Part shown: positions 19,703 to 30,947 of the stretch, in pieces
How positions within the stretch are numbered: the stretch's first letter is position 1
Layout of the letters: every line of letters begins with the position of its first letter
DNA from: Cyanophyceae cyanobacterium
Lineage (GTDB): Bacteria > Cyanobacteriota > Cyanobacteriia > Cyanobacteriales > JBHJGN01
NCBI GenBank assembly: GCA_050331735.1
Contig: JBHJGN010000031.1
Coordinates: 32,001-96,000, forward strand
Direction: 5' to 3'
DNA: 64,000 nt
Program-made: the position numbers and the translations under genes
The notes under the pieces: model-generated
What the model was told of the DNA's origin: nothing
The model's input: only the letters and a program-made list of their open reading frames with translations
Database searches by the model: none

Positions 19703-19948
19703 CTACTTTTCCTTCGCATCATTGGCGTTATCTGCACTGCTGTCGAGCATTCCATACTTACGCAAGAAGCGGTCTACTCTTCCTTCGGTATCGATAATCT
19801 TTTGAGTTCCGGTGTAGAAAGGGTGGTTACCAGACCAAACTTCTACGTTGATCTCTGGCTTGGTTGAGCCGACCGTCATGACGACTTCGCCGTTGCAGAT
19901 GACCTTGGCTTCTGGGTACCATTCTGGATGAATTCCTGATTTAGGCAT
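19703..19948 (-). CDS. rpmE: 50S ribosomal protein L31
   Basis: IHP.W, HPFYTG, GRVDRF. Confidence 0.96.
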   Translation of the reverse strand: MPKSGIHPEWYPEAKVICNGEVVMTVGSTKPEINVEVWSGNHPFYTGTQKIIDTEGRVDRFLRKYGMLDSSADNANDAKEK

Positions 19949-19978
19949 CGCTCTATTTCAACTGTCTTTACTATGATT

Positions 19979-20386
19979 TTAACGTTTCGAGAACTGCGGG
20001 GCTTTGCGAGCTTTGTGCAAACCATATTTTTTCCGCTCCTTCGCTCGCGGATCGCGGGTTAAGTACCCTTCGGACTTGAGCGGCTGACGGTTTTCGGGAT
20101 CGAGCTGGCATAATGCTCTTGCAACGCCGAGCTTCACCGCGTCAGATTGCCCGGTTAGGCCGCCACCGTGAGCGTTTACTAAGATGTCATAGTCGTTTTC
20201 TAGCCCAAGGGTTTCTAGAGGAGCTTTGACTGATACTAAGTACTTGGGAATCCGATTAAAATAAATTTCTCCTGGCTTGCCATTAACAGCAATCTTTCCA
20301 CTACCGGGAATCAGACGCACTCTCGCTACCGATGATTTGCGCCGTCCGGTTCCCCAGTATACAGCTCGATTATCTCCTGTCTGCAT
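19979..20386 (-). CDS. rpsI: 30S ribosomal protein S9
   Basis: [21 protein letters not shown]. Confidence 0.97.
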   Translation of the reverse strand: MQTGDNRAVYWGTGRRKSSVARVRLIPGSGKIAVNGKPGEIYFNRIPKYLVSVKAPLETLGLENDYDILVNAHGGGLTGQSDAVKLGVARALCQLDPENRQPLKSEGYLTRDPRAKERKKYGLHKARKAPQFSKR

Positions 20387-20841
20387 TATTGACCTCCACT
20401 CGGAATTGTATTGATAGTTAACTCTTGGGGTTGTTGAGCCTGATGGGGGTGGTCGGGCCCCTTGTACACCTTCAGTTTGGTGAATAATTTGCGACCGAGA
20501 GCATTTTTGGGCAGCATCCCTCTGACAGCTTGCTCAATAATTCTTTCGGGAATCCGAGCCTGGAGCTGTTCAAAAGTTTCGCTTTTCATGCCACCCGGGC
20601 GACCTGAATGCCGCCGGTACAGTTTTTGAGAACTTTTTTTGCCAGTCACAACGACTTTCTCGGCATTGACAACAATCACAAAATCGCCGGTATCCATGTG
20701 CGGGGTGTAGATCGCTTTATTTTTGCCCCGTAGAATCATGGCAATGGTGGTAGCTAAGCGACCGAGACGCTGGTCGGCAGCGTCTACCACGTACCATTGC
20801 TGATTGAGAGTTTTAGGGGTAGGGAGAGGGGTTTTTATCAT
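20386..20841 (-). CDS. rplM: 50S ribosomal protein L13
   Basis: WYVVDA, LGRLA, GMLPK, HPH.AQ. Confidence 0.97.
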   Translation of the reverse strand: MIKTPLPTPKTLNQQWYVVDAADQRLGRLATTIAMILRGKNKAIYTPHMDTGDFVIVVNAEKVVVTGKKSSQKLYRRHSGRPGGMKSETFEQLQARIPERIIEQAVRGMLPKNALGRKLFTKLKVYKGPDHPHQAQQPQELTINTIPSGGQ

Positions 20842-20905
20842 CTTGACAAGAGGCTAGTAATACAATCAATCGTTTACAATTTGACTATCAAACGGCATTC
20901 AATCT

Positions 20906-21739
20906 TCAAGCGCTATCACTGCGCGAATCAAACAAAAACTTTGGCTGCGTCTCAAACCAGGCTTCTTTGGGGAAGGGCGATTCCGGATAGCCAACTCTTA
21001 ACAGACAGAGACCTTTTGCTGGAGCCGAATATTTAACTTCTTCACGCCTTTGCTCCAGCCACAGTTGAGTAAAGCTTTGAGGCGATCGCTTACGAGTACC
21101 AACCTCAACTAGCATACCAACTAGCAGCCTCACCATTCCATAGAGAAATCCACTGGCCTGAATCTCCATGTGAACAAATGGTCCCTGTCGGTAGCATTCT
21201 GCGTCCTGAATTTCTACCCAGGAGTGAGCGCGAGACGAACCGGCCCGGTGAAAAGCGGCGAGATGATGTTTCCCGAGCAGCGGATTAAGAGCGTTTTGCA
21301 TCAGAGATTCCTGGAGCGGGGTGCGGTAGTAATGCCAGCTAAACGGCTTGACGAATAGGTTTGGCCGCTTGTCTGTGTAGATGGAATAGCGATAGCGCCG
21401 CCATCGGGCAGAAAAACGCGCGTGCCACGTTGAGGGCACTTGGGCTGAGGCTCTAATGAGGATATCTTGAGGCAGCCGGGAGTTCAGTACCGAGGCCCAG
21501 CGTAGGCCAGGAATCGGTCCACTACAGTCAAAATGAGCGACCTGAGCCGCAGCGTGGACTCCAGCATCGGTCCTGCCAGCACCGTGTAAAGAAACTGGTT
21601 GCTGCCAAGCGCTCTCGATGGCGGTTTCTATTTCTGCTTGAACGGTGCGCTGATTTGGTTGGCGCTGCCAGCCATGAAAGTTTGTCCCCAAGTATTGAAC
21701 GACCAGGGCAATGCGCTTTTTGCTCGTTGGTTGCTCCAT
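20906..21739 (-). CDS. truA: tRNA pseudouridine(38-40) synthase
   Basis: GWQ.Q, AGRTDAGVHA, FLYGMVR, APA.GL.L. Confidence 0.96.
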   Translation of the reverse strand: MEQPTSKKRIALVVQYLGTNFHGWQRQPNQRTVQAEIETAIESAWQQPVSLHGAGRTDAGVHAAAQVAHFDCSGPIPGLRWASVLNSRLPQDILIRASAQVPSTWHARFSARWRRYRYSIYTDKRPNLFVKPFSWHYYRTPLQESLMQNALNPLLGKHHLAAFHRAGSSRAHSWVEIQDAECYRQGPFVHMEIQASGFLYGMVRLLVGMLVEVGTRKRSPQSFTQLWLEQRREEVKYSAPAKGLCLLRVGYPESPFPKEAWFETQPKFLFDSRSDSA

Positions 21740-21777
21740 GATTCCCGCGCTACGCCGTCACCTTGCTGCTTTCGGTC

Positions 21778-22128
21778 TTACACTAGCTCGATAATTGCCA
21801 TTTCAGCATTGTCGCCTCGCCGACGGACTGTCCGGACGACACGAGTGTACCCACCGTGGCGATTGCCGTAGCGTTCTGGGGCTTGAGCAAAGAGAGCATG
21901 GACTAAATTTTTATCATACAGATAGCCAATGGCTCTTCTCCTAGCTTCTAGAGACCCGTCTTTGGCTAAAGTAATCATCCGCTCTGCTTCTTGTCGCACC
22001 GCTTTAGCGCGGGCTTTGGTTGTTTTAATTTGGCCGTGGCGAATCAGTTCGGTGGTCAGAGTTCTCAACAAAGCTTTTCGTTGGTCGGCTGGTTTTCCTA
22101 GTTCCGGTGTCCGACATCGATGACGCAT
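21778..22128 (-). CDS. rplQ: 50S ribosomal protein L17
   Basis: MRHR...LG, GGYTR, RRGDNA. Confidence 0.97.
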   Translation of the reverse strand: MRHRCRTPELGKPADQRKALLRTLTTELIRHGQIKTTKARAKAVRQEAERMITLAKDGSLEARRRAIGYLYDKNLVHALFAQAPERYGNRHGGYTRVVRTVRRRGDNAEMAIIELV

Positions 22129-22220
22129 AGCTATATCCTCCTTAATTAATACGTACTAATAGTTATGGCATATCCTGCTGATTAACTAGTCTAAATCAGG
22201 GGCAAGAGCGCTATTGACGG

Positions 22221-23165
22221 TTAAGTTTTAGCCGTTCTTTCCTGGGGAAGAGTAATTCCTAAACGCTTTTGCAAGGCTTCGATGACCTCCTCTGCTGATT
22301 TCTGACCAAAGTTTTTGATTTCTAACAAATCTTCTTGCGAATAGTCCAGCAGGTCAGCTACAGAGTTGATCTGGGCTCGCTTGAGACAGTTGTAAGCTCG
22401 GACTGATAGCTGAAGTTCTTCGATCGGAATTTGGCTGGCGGGATCTTCTTCAACCTGATATTCTTCTGGCTGATCGATGAGAGTCAAATCTTTGAGAGGG
22501 TTAAACAAATCGACGACAATATCTGCCGCTTGAGAAAGAGCCTCTTCCGGTTTAAGGCTGCCGTTGGTCCAAATTTCTAGAGTTAAGCGGTCTTTGGCGA
22601 AAGAGCCGTCAACTCGGGCATCTTCGACACTATATTTCACTTTCGTAACGGGCATGAAAATAGCATCGATCTGTAGAAAGTCTAGCGAAGTAGTTTCGTC
22701 TTTACTTCGATTGATAGCTCGATACCCCTTGCCTTTCTCAATGCGGAATTCCATTTCTAGTTTCGCTCCCTCAGCGAGGGTGGCAATATACTGATTTGGA
22801 TCGACGACTTCTACTTCAGAAGGAAGCTCGAACTGCGCGGCTGTTACCGTAGCCGCACCAGTTGCCACGAGACGACCAATTTGGGGTTGATTGGTATAGC
22901 TCCTCAGATTAACCTCCTTCATATTGAGAATAATCTCTAAAACGTCTTCTCGAACTCCTTGAATGGTGGCAAACTCGTGGTTAACCCCGGCAATTCTAAT
23001 CGCTGTCACGGCTGTTCCTTCTAGATTGGATAGCAATACCCGCCTCAGCGAATTACCTACGGTTGTTCCTTGTCCGCGCTCTAGAGGCTCTAGAACAAAT
23101 TTGCTATACTGGGTTTGGTTCTTGTTCGTCTTAGATTCAACACACTCAATTTGAAACTGCGTCAT
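22221..23165 (-). CDS. rpoA: RNA polymerase alpha subunit
   Basis: EPLERGQG.TVGNSLRR.LLS, LSVRAYNCLK, KNFGQKS; start at ATG 23165. Confidence 0.97.
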   Translation of the reverse strand: MTQFQIECVESKTNKNQTQYSKFVLEPLERGQGTTVGNSLRRVLLSNLEGTAVTAIRIAGVNHEFATIQGVREDVLEIILNMKEVNLRSYTNQPQIGRLVATGAATVTAAQFELPSEVEVVDPNQYIATLAEGAKLEMEFRIEKGKGYRAINRSKDETTSLDFLQIDAIFMPVTKVKYSVEDARVDGSFAKDRLTLEIWTNGSLKPEEALSQAADIVVDLFNPLKDLTLIDQPEEYQVEEDPASQIPIEELQLSVRAYNCLKRAQINSVADLLDYSQEDLLEIKNFGQKSAEEVIEALQKRLGITLPQERTAKT

Positions 23166-23401
23166 AGAGTGACCTTCCTCTTCCTTAATTGTCATTAATC
23201 ACTGACCGATGTGAATGTGAGCGTGTCTGGATCCCCGTTCACAGCGAAATCATTGATTTAGTTTGTCTTCATTCGGGATTAGCTAGCGAGGATGTGCAGG
23301 GTATGATCGCTAGCTCCCAGCTTGTTGGGAAGTTGAGCAACTTCTCGAACTTGGCTCATGCTACCTATCTATCTGAACCAACCCACTGACAAAATTTCTG
23401 C

Positions 23402-23794
23402 TTAAACGCGACGGCGTTTAGGAGGGCGACAGCCGTTGTGAGGGATCGGAGTGACGTCTCTAATTAAGGTGATTTCCAGCCCTGAACCTTGAAGAGCGCG
23501 AATGGCGGTTTCTCTGCCCGCGCCTGGACCGCTTACCATCACCTCAATTTGACGCATTCCTTGCTCAATTGCTCGTCTAGCAGCGCTATCTGCCGCTGTT
23601 TGTGCGGCAAATGGAGTTCCTTTTTTGGCTCCTTTAAATCCACTCGAACCAGCAGAAGCCCAGGAAATGACATCGCCACCAGCGTCAGCAATCGTCACGA
23701 TAGTATTGTTAAAAGTCGATTGAATATAGGCAACTCCATTGGGTACGTTGCGTTTTTGCTTTTTTGAGCTGCTTTTTTTGCTTGGTCGCGCCAT
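23402..23794 (-). CDS. rpsK: 30S ribosomal protein S11
   Basis: [26 protein letters not shown]. Confidence 0.97.
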   Translation of the reverse strand: MARPSKKSSSKKQKRNVPNGVAYIQSTFNNTIVTIADAGGDVISWASAGSSGFKGAKKGTPFAAQTAADSAARRAIEQGMRQIEVMVSGPGAGRETAIRALQGSGLEITLIRDVTPIPHNGCRPPKRRRV

Positions 23795-23843
23795 ATTAAC
23801 TTCACCAAATTAATCAACAAACTGTATCAGGACTGCTGTATCT

Positions 23844-24227
23844 CTACTTTTTAGCTGGGGGTTTTTTCTTGCCGGCAATGGTTAATTTCCGACCACGACG
23901 AGTTCTAGCGTTGGTACGAGTTCTCTGTCCGCGAACGGGCAGTCCTTGCCGATGTCGGCGTCCTCGATAGGTGCCGATATCGACTAGCCGCTTAATATTC
24001 ATCGCTTCTAGCCGCCTCAAATCTCCTTCAATCTGGTAGGTTGAGTCGATGTGAGCGCGCAAAGTCGTTACCTCTTCGTCTGCTAAATCCCTTACTCTTG
24101 TATCAGGATTGACTCCAGTAGCTGCTAAGATTTCTTGAGACCGAGACAACCCAATTCCATAGATGTAGGTTAGAGCAATTTCTACTCGTTTATCGCGAGG
24201 TAAATCTACCCCAGAAATTCTTGCCAC
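23844..24227 (-). CDS. rpsM: 30S ribosomal protein S13
   Basis: [24 protein letters not shown]. Confidence 0.97.
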   Translation of the reverse strand: MARISGVDLPRDKRVEIALTYIYGIGLSRSQEILAATGVNPDTRVRDLADEEVTTLRAHIDSTYQIEGDLRRLEAMNIKRLVDIGTYRGRRHRQGLPVRGQRTRTNARTRRGRKLTIAGKKKPPAKK

Positions 24228-24281
24228 TCTTTTTCCTCTCTTTGAAGATTGTTACAACACAATGGTTCGGCTCTGCTAGCT

Positions 24282-24395
24282 TTATCCCTGGCGCTGCTTG
24301 TGCTTGGGGTTGGAACAAAGAACCATAACTTTACCGCGACGGCGGATGACGCGGCATTTTTCACACATTTTTTTGACGGATGCTCTGACTTTCAT
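24282..24395 (-). CDS. rpmJ: 50S ribosomal protein L36 (not in the ORF track)
   Basis: Hand translation: [37 protein letters not shown], with CxxC...CxxxxH zinc ribbon. Confidence 0.97.
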   Translation of the reverse strand: MKVRASVKKMCEKCRVIRRRGKVMVLCSNPKHKQRQG

Positions 24396-24424
24396 GCCTT
24401 TTTAAGCGACACTGCAAGCTTGCT

Positions 24425-24454
24425 ATTGTAGCATTCTTGATTGACTTACGTCAA
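24425..24454 (-). promoter_or_regulatory. Internal sigma70-type promoter upstream of rpmJ
   Basis: Minus strand TTGACG-N18-TACAAT with TG extended -10. Confidence 0.6.
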
Positions 24455-24499
24455 GAAACTGAGTCTGACAAGAAGCTGACTAGCTGAACGGGTGCCAGT

Positions 24500-24724
24500 T
24501 TACTTCTTTTTCAGACGATAAGTAATTCTTCCTTTTGTTAAGTCGTAGGGGGTTAGCTCTACTTTGACGCGATCACCGGGCAGAATCTTGATATAGTTTC
24601 TACGAATTTTTCCAGAAATATGGGCAAGTACATTAAAGCCGTTGTCTAGATCGACACGGAACATAGCGTTTGGAAGGGATTCAGTAACCGTCCCTTCCAT
24701 TTCAATTAAATCTTGTTTAGACAA
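24500..24724 (-). CDS. infA: Translation initiation factor IF-1
   Basis: [27 protein letters not shown] start at 24724. Confidence 0.96.
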   Translation of the reverse strand: MSKQDLIEMEGTVTESLPNAMFRVDLDNGFNVLAHISGKIRRNYIKILPGDRVKVELTPYDLTKGRITYRLKKK

Positions 24725-24854
24725 TGTAGCAATCCTCAACTGCAATCAGGACATTTGGGCTTGAGCGAGTCCTAGATTCACTTCCTCACATCGTATCTTC
24801 GCAAATTTTATCAAATATTGGGTGTCTCTAGCAGCTAGGCGACCAGCGCAGAAG

Positions 24855-25412
24855 TCAGCTAATCAGTTGCTTGATTGAGTTTGACACAGATTCTGGAGGG
24901 CGGTCGCCGTTGACAGAGTGAAGTTTATTTTTGCTGCTGTAATAATCGATCAACGGGGTTGTTTTCTCGCGATATACCTCTAAGCGTCGCCGGATGGTTT
25001 CTTCTGTATCGTCTTTTCGTCCCCTGGATAACAAACGCTCAATCAGCACTCCATCAGGAACTTCCAAATTAACGACTGCCACGCCATTTTGGTCAATCTC
25101 TTCTAAGAGTTGGTCTAGAAATGTTGCCTGAGCCACATTTCTAGGAAAGCCATCGAGAATCCAGCCCGGCTCAACATCTTGTTGTCTCAGCCGTTCTCGA
25201 ATCAAGTTAAGTATCAATTCATCAGGCACCAACTCTCCTTGATCGACATAGGCCTGAGCTTTTTGACCAAGAGTGGTTCCTTGAGCAATGGCGCCACGCA
25301 AAATTTCCCCCGTTGAAATATGAGGAATCTGAAGAAGCTTTGCTAACATTTGAGCTTGCGTTCCCTTACCGGCTCCCGGTGGACCCAGAAAAATCAATCC
25401 TGTTTTAATCAT
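24855..25412 (-). CDS. adk: Adenylate kinase (short-LID type)
   Basis: GPPGAGKGTQ, HISTG, LDGFPR, R.DD. Confidence 0.96.
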   Translation of the reverse strand: MIKTGLIFLGPPGAGKGTQAQMLAKLLQIPHISTGEILRGAIAQGTTLGQKAQAYVDQGELVPDELILNLIRERLRQQDVEPGWILDGFPRNVAQATFLDQLLEEIDQNGVAVVNLEVPDGVLIERLLSRGRKDDTEETIRRRLEVYREKTTPLIDYYSSKNKLHSVNGDRPPESVSNSIKQLIS

Positions 25413-25455
25413 TAATTATCCCTCTATAGCAACTGTAGACAGTCGCAGCCAGCGT

Positions 25456-26772
25456 CTACTGCTTAACCATGCCTTCATATCGCTGAGAGATGACATAGGT
25501 TTGTACTTGCTTAGATGTATCAATAGCAACCCCAACTAAAATGAGCAGTGACGTTGCTCCTAGCCCTCTAAACGTCGTAACGTTCGTAGCACTTTCCACT
25601 AAAGTAGGCACAGTAGCAACAATTCCTAGAAAAATCGCCCCCAAAAGGGTCAGACGATTCAAGACACCTTCTAAATAGGCGCTGGTTGCCTTTCCCGGAC
25701 GAATTCCGGGGATACTCGCTCCCATTTTTTTTAGATTCTGGGACATATCAACCGGATTAGCAATCAAGGAGGCATAGAAGTAGCTAAAGAAGAGAATTAA
25801 CAGCAGATAAACAACAACGTAGATCCAGCTTCCCGGTCTAAGGGCATTCGTTACCGCTCCTAGGGCTTGGCTTACGGCCCCCTCACCCCTGACAAAACCA
25901 GCCAGAGAAGAAGGCAAAATGAGGACAGCGGAGGCAAAAATAATCGGCATAACGCCTCCTTGATTTAGTCTGAGCGGCAAATAATTCGTTCTTTCTCTAT
26001 AGACTCGTCTGCCTACCTGCCGACGAGCAGAAACAATCGGAATCCGTCTCGTTCCTTCCTGAACAAAGACGATCCCCACAATCATGACTAGAAAGACTAG
26101 CAGCAAAATGACAACTTGAGCGACTGCCTCCCGACCGCCCTGCTGAGCAAACTCAATCGTGTTGCCAAGGGTTCTTGGCAATACAGCAACGATGTTAACG
26201 AAGATGAGTAAAGAAGCTCCGTTACCGATACCTCTTTCCGTGATTAACTCAGATACCCACATGACAAACATTGAACCGGCCGTTAACGCCAGCGCCGTTT
26301 CCGCGACAAACCAAATCCCTGGATTAACGGCGTAGGGGCGGAGAAAGCCAACCGTAATCCCAACGCTGTTGATAATTGCCCAGCCGAGAGCGACATAGCG
26401 AGTAATCTGAGAAATTTTGCGTCGCCCTGCTTCTCCTTCGTTTTTCTGGAGGTCTTCAAGGGCTGGAATCGCAGCCGTCAGTAGCTGCATAATAATAGAA
26501 GCATTGATAAACGGTAAAATACCGATTGCGAAGATACCAAGGGCAGAAAGACCGCCGCCTGTAAAAATATCTAAAAATCCAAGGAACGGGAGGTTTTGGA
26601 TCCCCTCAGCAAATCTGGCTCGGTCAATTCCCGGTACGGGGATAAAGACACCAAAACGAACCAAGATTAGCAGACCAATTGTCACCAGCAGCCGCCCTCT
26701 AAGGCCAGCAGCCTGGGCCATCTGCATAAAAGTTTCTTGAGCTGTAGGGGTTTTACCTCGACTAACAACCAT
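25456..26772 (-). CDS. secY: Preprotein translocase SecY
   Basis: IPVPG, GIGNGASL, GVMPIIFA, IPGIRPG. Confidence 0.97.
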   Translation of the reverse strand: MVVSRGKTPTAQETFMQMAQAAGLRGRLLVTIGLLILVRFGVFIPVPGIDRARFAEGIQNLPFLGFLDIFTGGGLSALGIFAIGILPFINASIIMQLLTAAIPALEDLQKNEGEAGRRKISQITRYVALGWAIINSVGITVGFLRPYAVNPGIWFVAETALALTAGSMFVMWVSELITERGIGNGASLLIFVNIVAVLPRTLGNTIEFAQQGGREAVAQVVILLLVFLVMIVGIVFVQEGTRRIPIVSARRQVGRRVYRERTNYLPLRLNQGGVMPIIFASAVLILPSSLAGFVRGEGAVSQALGAVTNALRPGSWIYVVVYLLLILFFSYFYASLIANPVDMSQNLKKMGASIPGIRPGKATSAYLEGVLNRLTLLGAIFLGIVATVPTLVESATNVTTFRGLGATSLLILVGVAIDTSKQVQTYVISQRYEGMVKQ

Positions 26773-26881
26773 GTACGGCTACCTATGTGGGTGGGCAAAT
26801 GAGCTAAAAAACGCTTTGATTGACTCTTTAAACTCTAGTATAATTGAAGGCCGCTAATAATTTTCTCCGTGGACAAAGAAG

Positions 26882-27325
26882 CTAATTAGTCTGGCAACTT
26901 CCTCCAGCCGCTTCAATTTTTTGCCGAGCACTCGCTGTAAAAGCGGCTGCCGTCACCTGAAGAGATACATTGATTTCACCGTCCCCCAAAATCTTCAAAG
27001 GACCATCATTGCTGGTAACAATTCCCCTTTCCAGCAGCGAAGCTAAGCTTACTTCTGCCTGATTAGGAAGTGACGCTAAGGCACCAACATTAATGATGGT
27101 GTAGCTCCGAGGATTAACGATGGGAAAATGTTTGAGTTTAGGAATGCGACGATAGAGAGGCATTTGCCCTCCCTCAAAACCAGGAGTAACTCCGGGACCG
27201 GAACGGGATTTTTGACCACGCATGCCAAATCCGCAGCTAGCACCTTGTCCGGCAGAGATTCCTCTTCCAAGACGCCGCCGGCGCTTTTTAGAACCCTCTT
27301 TTGGGGCTGCATCATTAAGTCTCAT
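26882..27325 (-). CDS. rplO: 50S ribosomal protein L15
   Basis: [22 protein letters not shown] at 27325. Confidence 0.96.
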   Translation of the reverse strand: MRLNDAAPKEGSKKRRRRLGRGISAGQGASCGFGMRGQKSRSGPGVTPGFEGGQMPLYRRIPKLKHFPIVNPRSYTIINVGALASLPNQAEVSLASLLERGIVTSNDGPLKILGDGEINVSLQVTAAAFTASARQKIEAAGGSCQTN

Positions 27326-27347
27326 AAATAATTCCTTGAGCGAGAAA

Positions 27348-27869
27348 CTAAACATACAGTTGCTCAGCAGCAATACCTCTTTCCTGAGCCACTTCGGAAA
27401 ATGTCCGTACGCTCTCAAGAGCATTAATGGCTGCCCTGGCATTGTTGAGCGGATTGTTAGAACCAAGCTGCTTTGCTAGGATATTTTGGATGCCTGCAAG
27501 CTCTAGAACGGTACGTACCGCTCCGCCAGCAATTACTCCCGTACCGGGAGCAGCTGGTCTAATAATTACTTTTGCCCCTCCCGAGATTCCCTGGGTAATA
27601 TGGGTAATGGAGTTCGCTTTGGTTAGGGAAATATCGATCAGCTGCTTTCTGCCATCAGCTACTCCTTTGCGAACGGCCCCAATGACATCACTGGCTTTGC
27701 CAACGCCAACCCCTACTTGACCTCTCTCGTTACCGACGACAACAATCGCTCGAAAGCTAAGCTTTTTTCCGCCTTTAACAACCTTGCTCACGCGGCGAAT
27801 TTGAATAACTCTTTCCTGCCAGTTTGTCTCTTTCTCTCGAGTTCGACTATTCTTACGACGTTTTGCCAC
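27348..27869 (-). CDS. rpsE: 30S ribosomal protein S5
   Basis: [21 protein letters not shown]. Confidence 0.97.
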   Translation of the reverse strand: MAKRRKNSRTREKETNWQERVIQIRRVSKVVKGGKKLSFRAIVVVGNERGQVGVGVGKASDVIGAVRKGVADGRKQLIDISLTKANSITHITQGISGGAKVIIRPAAPGTGVIAGGAVRTVLELAGIQNILAKQLGSNNPLNNARAAINALESVRTFSEVAQERGIAAEQLYV

Positions 27870-27913
27870 TCGGTCATCTCCTTTTCTACTTAGTTACTGT
27901 TGTAAAAGGGCGC

Positions 27914-28276
27914 TTAAAAATCCAACCCAGCCTCGCGGGCGGCTTCAGCCAGTGAGCGAATGCGCCCGTGATAAATATAGCCGCCTCGGTCGAAGACCAC
28001 TTGCTGGATACCGCTCTCTATTGCTCGCTGAGCAACCAATTTTCCGACTTCGGTCGAAGCCTCACAGGTTGCACCGGTTGGCAATTTTTCTCGGAGTTCT
28101 GGCTCGAGAGTCGAGGCCGAAACTAAAGTTTTTTGGGCTGTATCGTCAATGACTTGAGCATAGATGTGCTGCTGGGAACGAAAGACCGATAAACGGGGTC
28201 TTTCGGGAGTGCCGTTGACTTTCCGACGCAAGCGGCGATGGCGACGCTGCACCAACTGTTTGCGAGTGAGTTTCAT
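27914..28276 (-). CDS. rplR: 50S ribosomal protein L18
   Basis: [19 protein letters not shown]. Confidence 0.97.
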   Translation of the reverse strand: MKLTRKQLVQRRHRRLRRKVNGTPERPRLSVFRSQQHIYAQVIDDTAQKTLVSASTLEPELREKLPTGATCEASTEVGKLVAQRAIESGIQQVVFDRGGYIYHGRIRSLAEAAREAGLDF

Positions 28277-28278
28277 AA

Positions 28279-28818
28279 TTACTTCTTCCCTGCCTTACCA
28301 GCTTTTTGCCTAATAAATTCGTCTGCGTAGCGAATTCCTTTTCCTTTGTAAGGTTCTGGCGGACGGACAGCGCGAATCTTAGCGGCAACGTTGCCAACCA
28401 CTTCCTTATCGATTCCGCTCACCGTTACTTCCGTATTTCTTTCGACGGCTACCTGAATCCCGTCGGGCATTTGCATGTCAACGGGCTTACTGTAGCCAAC
28501 GTTAAGAGTGAGCTTGCTTCCCTGAGCCTGAGCGCGATAGCCGACTCCGCGAATCTGCAGGCGTTTTTGAAATCCTTGAGAGACTCCTTCTACCATATTG
28601 AAAACAAGGGTGCGGGAGAGGCCGTGAAGTTGGCGAGCAGGACGAGATTCATCGTCTCTGACCACCTGTAAAGTATTACCGTCTTGGGTGATCGTCACCA
28701 AGGACGGTAGCTCTCTTGCGAGTGATCCCTTTGGTCCTTTGACAGCTACGTGTTGTCCGTTGATAGTCACCGTGACTTTATCTGGAACCGCAATCGGGAG
28801 TTTACCAATGCGAGACAT
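28279..28818 (-). CDS. rplF: 50S ribosomal protein L6
   Basis: [21 protein letters not shown]. Confidence 0.97.
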   Translation of the reverse strand: MSRIGKLPIAVPDKVTVTINGQHVAVKGPKGSLARELPSLVTITQDGNTLQVVRDDESRPARQLHGLSRTLVFNMVEGVSQGFQKRLQIRGVGYRAQAQGSKLTLNVGYSKPVDMQMPDGIQVAVERNTEVTVSGIDKEVVGNVAAKIRAVRPPEPYKGKGIRYADEFIRQKAGKAGKK

Positions 28819-28913
28819 TGCTTGACATCCTCATAAAAGAACAGTTAAACAGTAATTAATAAACAGACTAAATGGCTTCGGTCCCTGCTGATTACTCATT
28901 GACCGCTGACTAC

Positions 28914-29315
28914 TTACCACACATAACAAAGCACTTCACCGCCAACTCCCTGTCGTCGTGCTTCACGGTCTGTCATAATCCCTCTAGAGGTAGAAATGAT
29001 GGCAATGCCGATGCCGCCGAGAACTCGCGGAAGCTCTTTCCGGTTAGAGTAAACTCTCAATCCTGGTTTACTAACTCGCTTCAGCGTGCTAATAATTGGC
29101 TGCCTGTTTCTTCCCTTGTACTTGAGGGCAATTAACAAACGTTTGTCGATTCCTTCGCCAACTTCTTCAAAATTCTCAATAAATCCCTCATCTTTGAGAA
29201 CTTGAGCAATGCTGCGCGTCATTCGGGTCGTTGGAACACTTGTCGTTGGATGCCTGACCATACAGGCATTGCGAATCCGGGTCAGCATATCTGAAATCGT
29301 GTCGTTTGAGGCCAT
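28914..29315 (-). CDS. rpsH: 30S ribosomal protein S8
   Basis: [28 protein letters not shown] at 29315. Confidence 0.97.
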   Translation of the reverse strand: MASNDTISDMLTRIRNACMVRHPTTSVPTTRMTRSIAQVLKDEGFIENFEEVGEGIDKRLLIALKYKGRNRQPIISTLKRVSKPGLRVYSNRKELPRVLGGIGIAIISTSRGIMTDREARRQGVGGEVLCYVW

Positions 29316-29343
29316 TATCTTTCTTCTTTTCTCCCAGTCATCA

Positions 29344-29889
29344 TTAGCTATTGCGGAAAGGCATTCCCATTTCTTTGAGTAAGGCGCGACCTTCTTCATC
29401 AGTATTAGCTGTAGTCACGATAGAAATGTCCATTCCCCGAATTTGGTCAATGCTGTCGTAATCAATTTCTGGAAAAATTAACTGTTCTCGAATACCAAGA
29501 CTGTAGTTTCCTCGTCCGTCAAAGCTTTTAGGACTAATGCCTCGAAAATCTCGGATTCGAGGCAATGCTAGATTAATGAGCCGCTCTAGAAAGGCGTACA
29601 TCCGCTCAGAACGCAGCGTCACCATGACTCCGACCGGCATGCCCTCGCGGATCTTAAAGCCCGCGATCGCCTTTTTGGCTCGCGTCACCACTGGTTTTTG
29701 ACCTGTGATAATGGCTAATTCCTCCAGAGAAGATTCTAAAGATCTGGCGTTTTGGGAGGCTTCACCGAGTCCGCGATTGACGATCACTTTTTTGACCTTA
29801 GGAACCTGATGAACATTGGTATAGCCAAACTGTTCCTGCAGCTTGGGCACAATGGTTTCTTCGTATTGTGATTTAAGTCGTTGCACCAT
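29344..29889 (-). CDS. rplE: 50S ribosomal protein L5
   Basis: [21 protein letters not shown]. Confidence 0.97.
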   Translation of the reverse strand: MVQRLKSQYEETIVPKLQEQFGYTNVHQVPKVKKVIVNRGLGEASQNARSLESSLEELAIITGQKPVVTRAKKAIAGFKIREGMPVGVMVTLRSERMYAFLERLINLALPRIRDFRGISPKSFDGRGNYSLGIREQLIFPEIDYDSIDQIRGMDISIVTTANTDEEGRALLKEMGMPFRNS

Positions 29890-29969
29890 AATTTTTGCTG
29901 ATTTTCCCTGGGCTTGGTCAGGGAAGTGTTACGATTCAGTACAAAAGGGCTACATTGGAGAAGCCCCGC

Positions 29970-30311
29970 TTAATCAATAATTTCTCCCGTTTTTTTTAGC
30001 ATTCGCACCTTCCGTCCGTCGTCTGTAAAGGTGTAGCTAATTCGGCTGGCCACCTTTTCTTTTTCGGAGTAGAGCATCACGTTAGAGCTATGAATCGGGG
30101 CTTCAAACGTGGTGATTTGACCAGATTCTCCTTCTTGGGTGGGCTTAACGTGCTTTGTTTTGACGTTAACATTTTTAACGACCACCTTGCTGGTCTTGGG
30201 CAGAGTCTGAAGGATCTCCCCTACTTTACCCTTGTCTCGTCCAGTAATAACCTGAACGGTGTCGCCTTTCTTGACGTGCATTTCGTAGCGCACTGTTTTT
30301 TTCTTTGTCAT
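29970..30311 (-). CDS. rplX: 50S ribosomal protein L24
   Basis: KKGDTV.V..G.DKGK, EAPIH.SNV. Confidence 0.97.
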   Translation of the reverse strand: MTKKKTVRYEMHVKKGDTVQVITGRDKGKVGEILQTLPKTSKVVVKNVNVKTKHVKPTQEGESGQITTFEAPIHSSNVMLYSEKEKVASRISYTFTDDGRKVRMLKKTGEIID

Positions 30312-30679
30312 TACAGTACCTCCGGAGCCAAAGAAACGATTTTGGTAAAGTTCTTGTCGCGTAATTCGCGGGCGACGGGTCCGAAGACACGAGTTCCTCT
30401 GGGGTTCCCTTCTGGGTTAATAATGACGGCGGCGTTATCGTCGAAGCGAATACTCATGCCGCTCTCTCGCCGGAGAGACTGACGAGTACGCACGATCACG
30501 GCGCGAACGACATCTGATTTTTTCACCGCCATATTCGGAATTGCTTCTTTGACAACGGCAATAATGACATCACCAATGCTGCCGTAGCGACAGTTGCCGG
30601 TTCCTAGGACACGCAGACACATCAATTTTCGAGCGCCACTGTTGTCGGCTACGTTAAGATAAGTTTGCTGCTGAATCAT
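30311..30679 (-). CDS. rplN: 50S ribosomal protein L14
   Basis: [21 protein letters not shown]. Confidence 0.97.
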   Translation of the reverse strand: MIQQQTYLNVADNSGARKLMCLRVLGTGNCRYGSIGDVIIAVVKEAIPNMAVKKSDVVRAVIVRTRQSLRRESGMSIRFDDNAAVIINPEGNPRGTRVFGPVARELRDKNFTKIVSLAPEVL

Positions 30680-30697
30680 AGTGATAAGTGATACAAA

Positions 30698-30943
30698 TCA
30701 CGAACTAGTATTAAGAATTTCGGAAACAATCCAGCGCTTTGTACGGCTTAGAGGCCTGGTTTCGCGGATGCGGACGCGATCGCCTTCCTGACACTGGTTT
30801 TCTTCGTCGTGGACTTTAAATCTCTTAGTTTTGACCACAATTTTGCCGTATTTAGGATGAGGAGAACGGTTCTCAACTGCGACGACAACTGTTTTATTCA
30901 TTTTGTCGCTAACGACGACCCCCACTCTTTCTTTAACTGACAT
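30698..30943 (-). CDS. rpsQ: 30S ribosomal protein S17
   Basis: [22 protein letters not shown]. Confidence 0.97.
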   Translation of the reverse strand: MSVKERVGVVVSDKMNKTVVVAVENRSPHPKYGKIVVKTKRFKVHDEENQCQEGDRVRIRETRPLSRTKRWIVSEILNTSS

Positions 30944-30947
30944 CGGC

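Noticed and set aside
23189..23389. 66-aa plus-strand ORF in the rpsK-rpoA spacer
   Set aside because: Antisense to the operon, TTG start, no protein-like features
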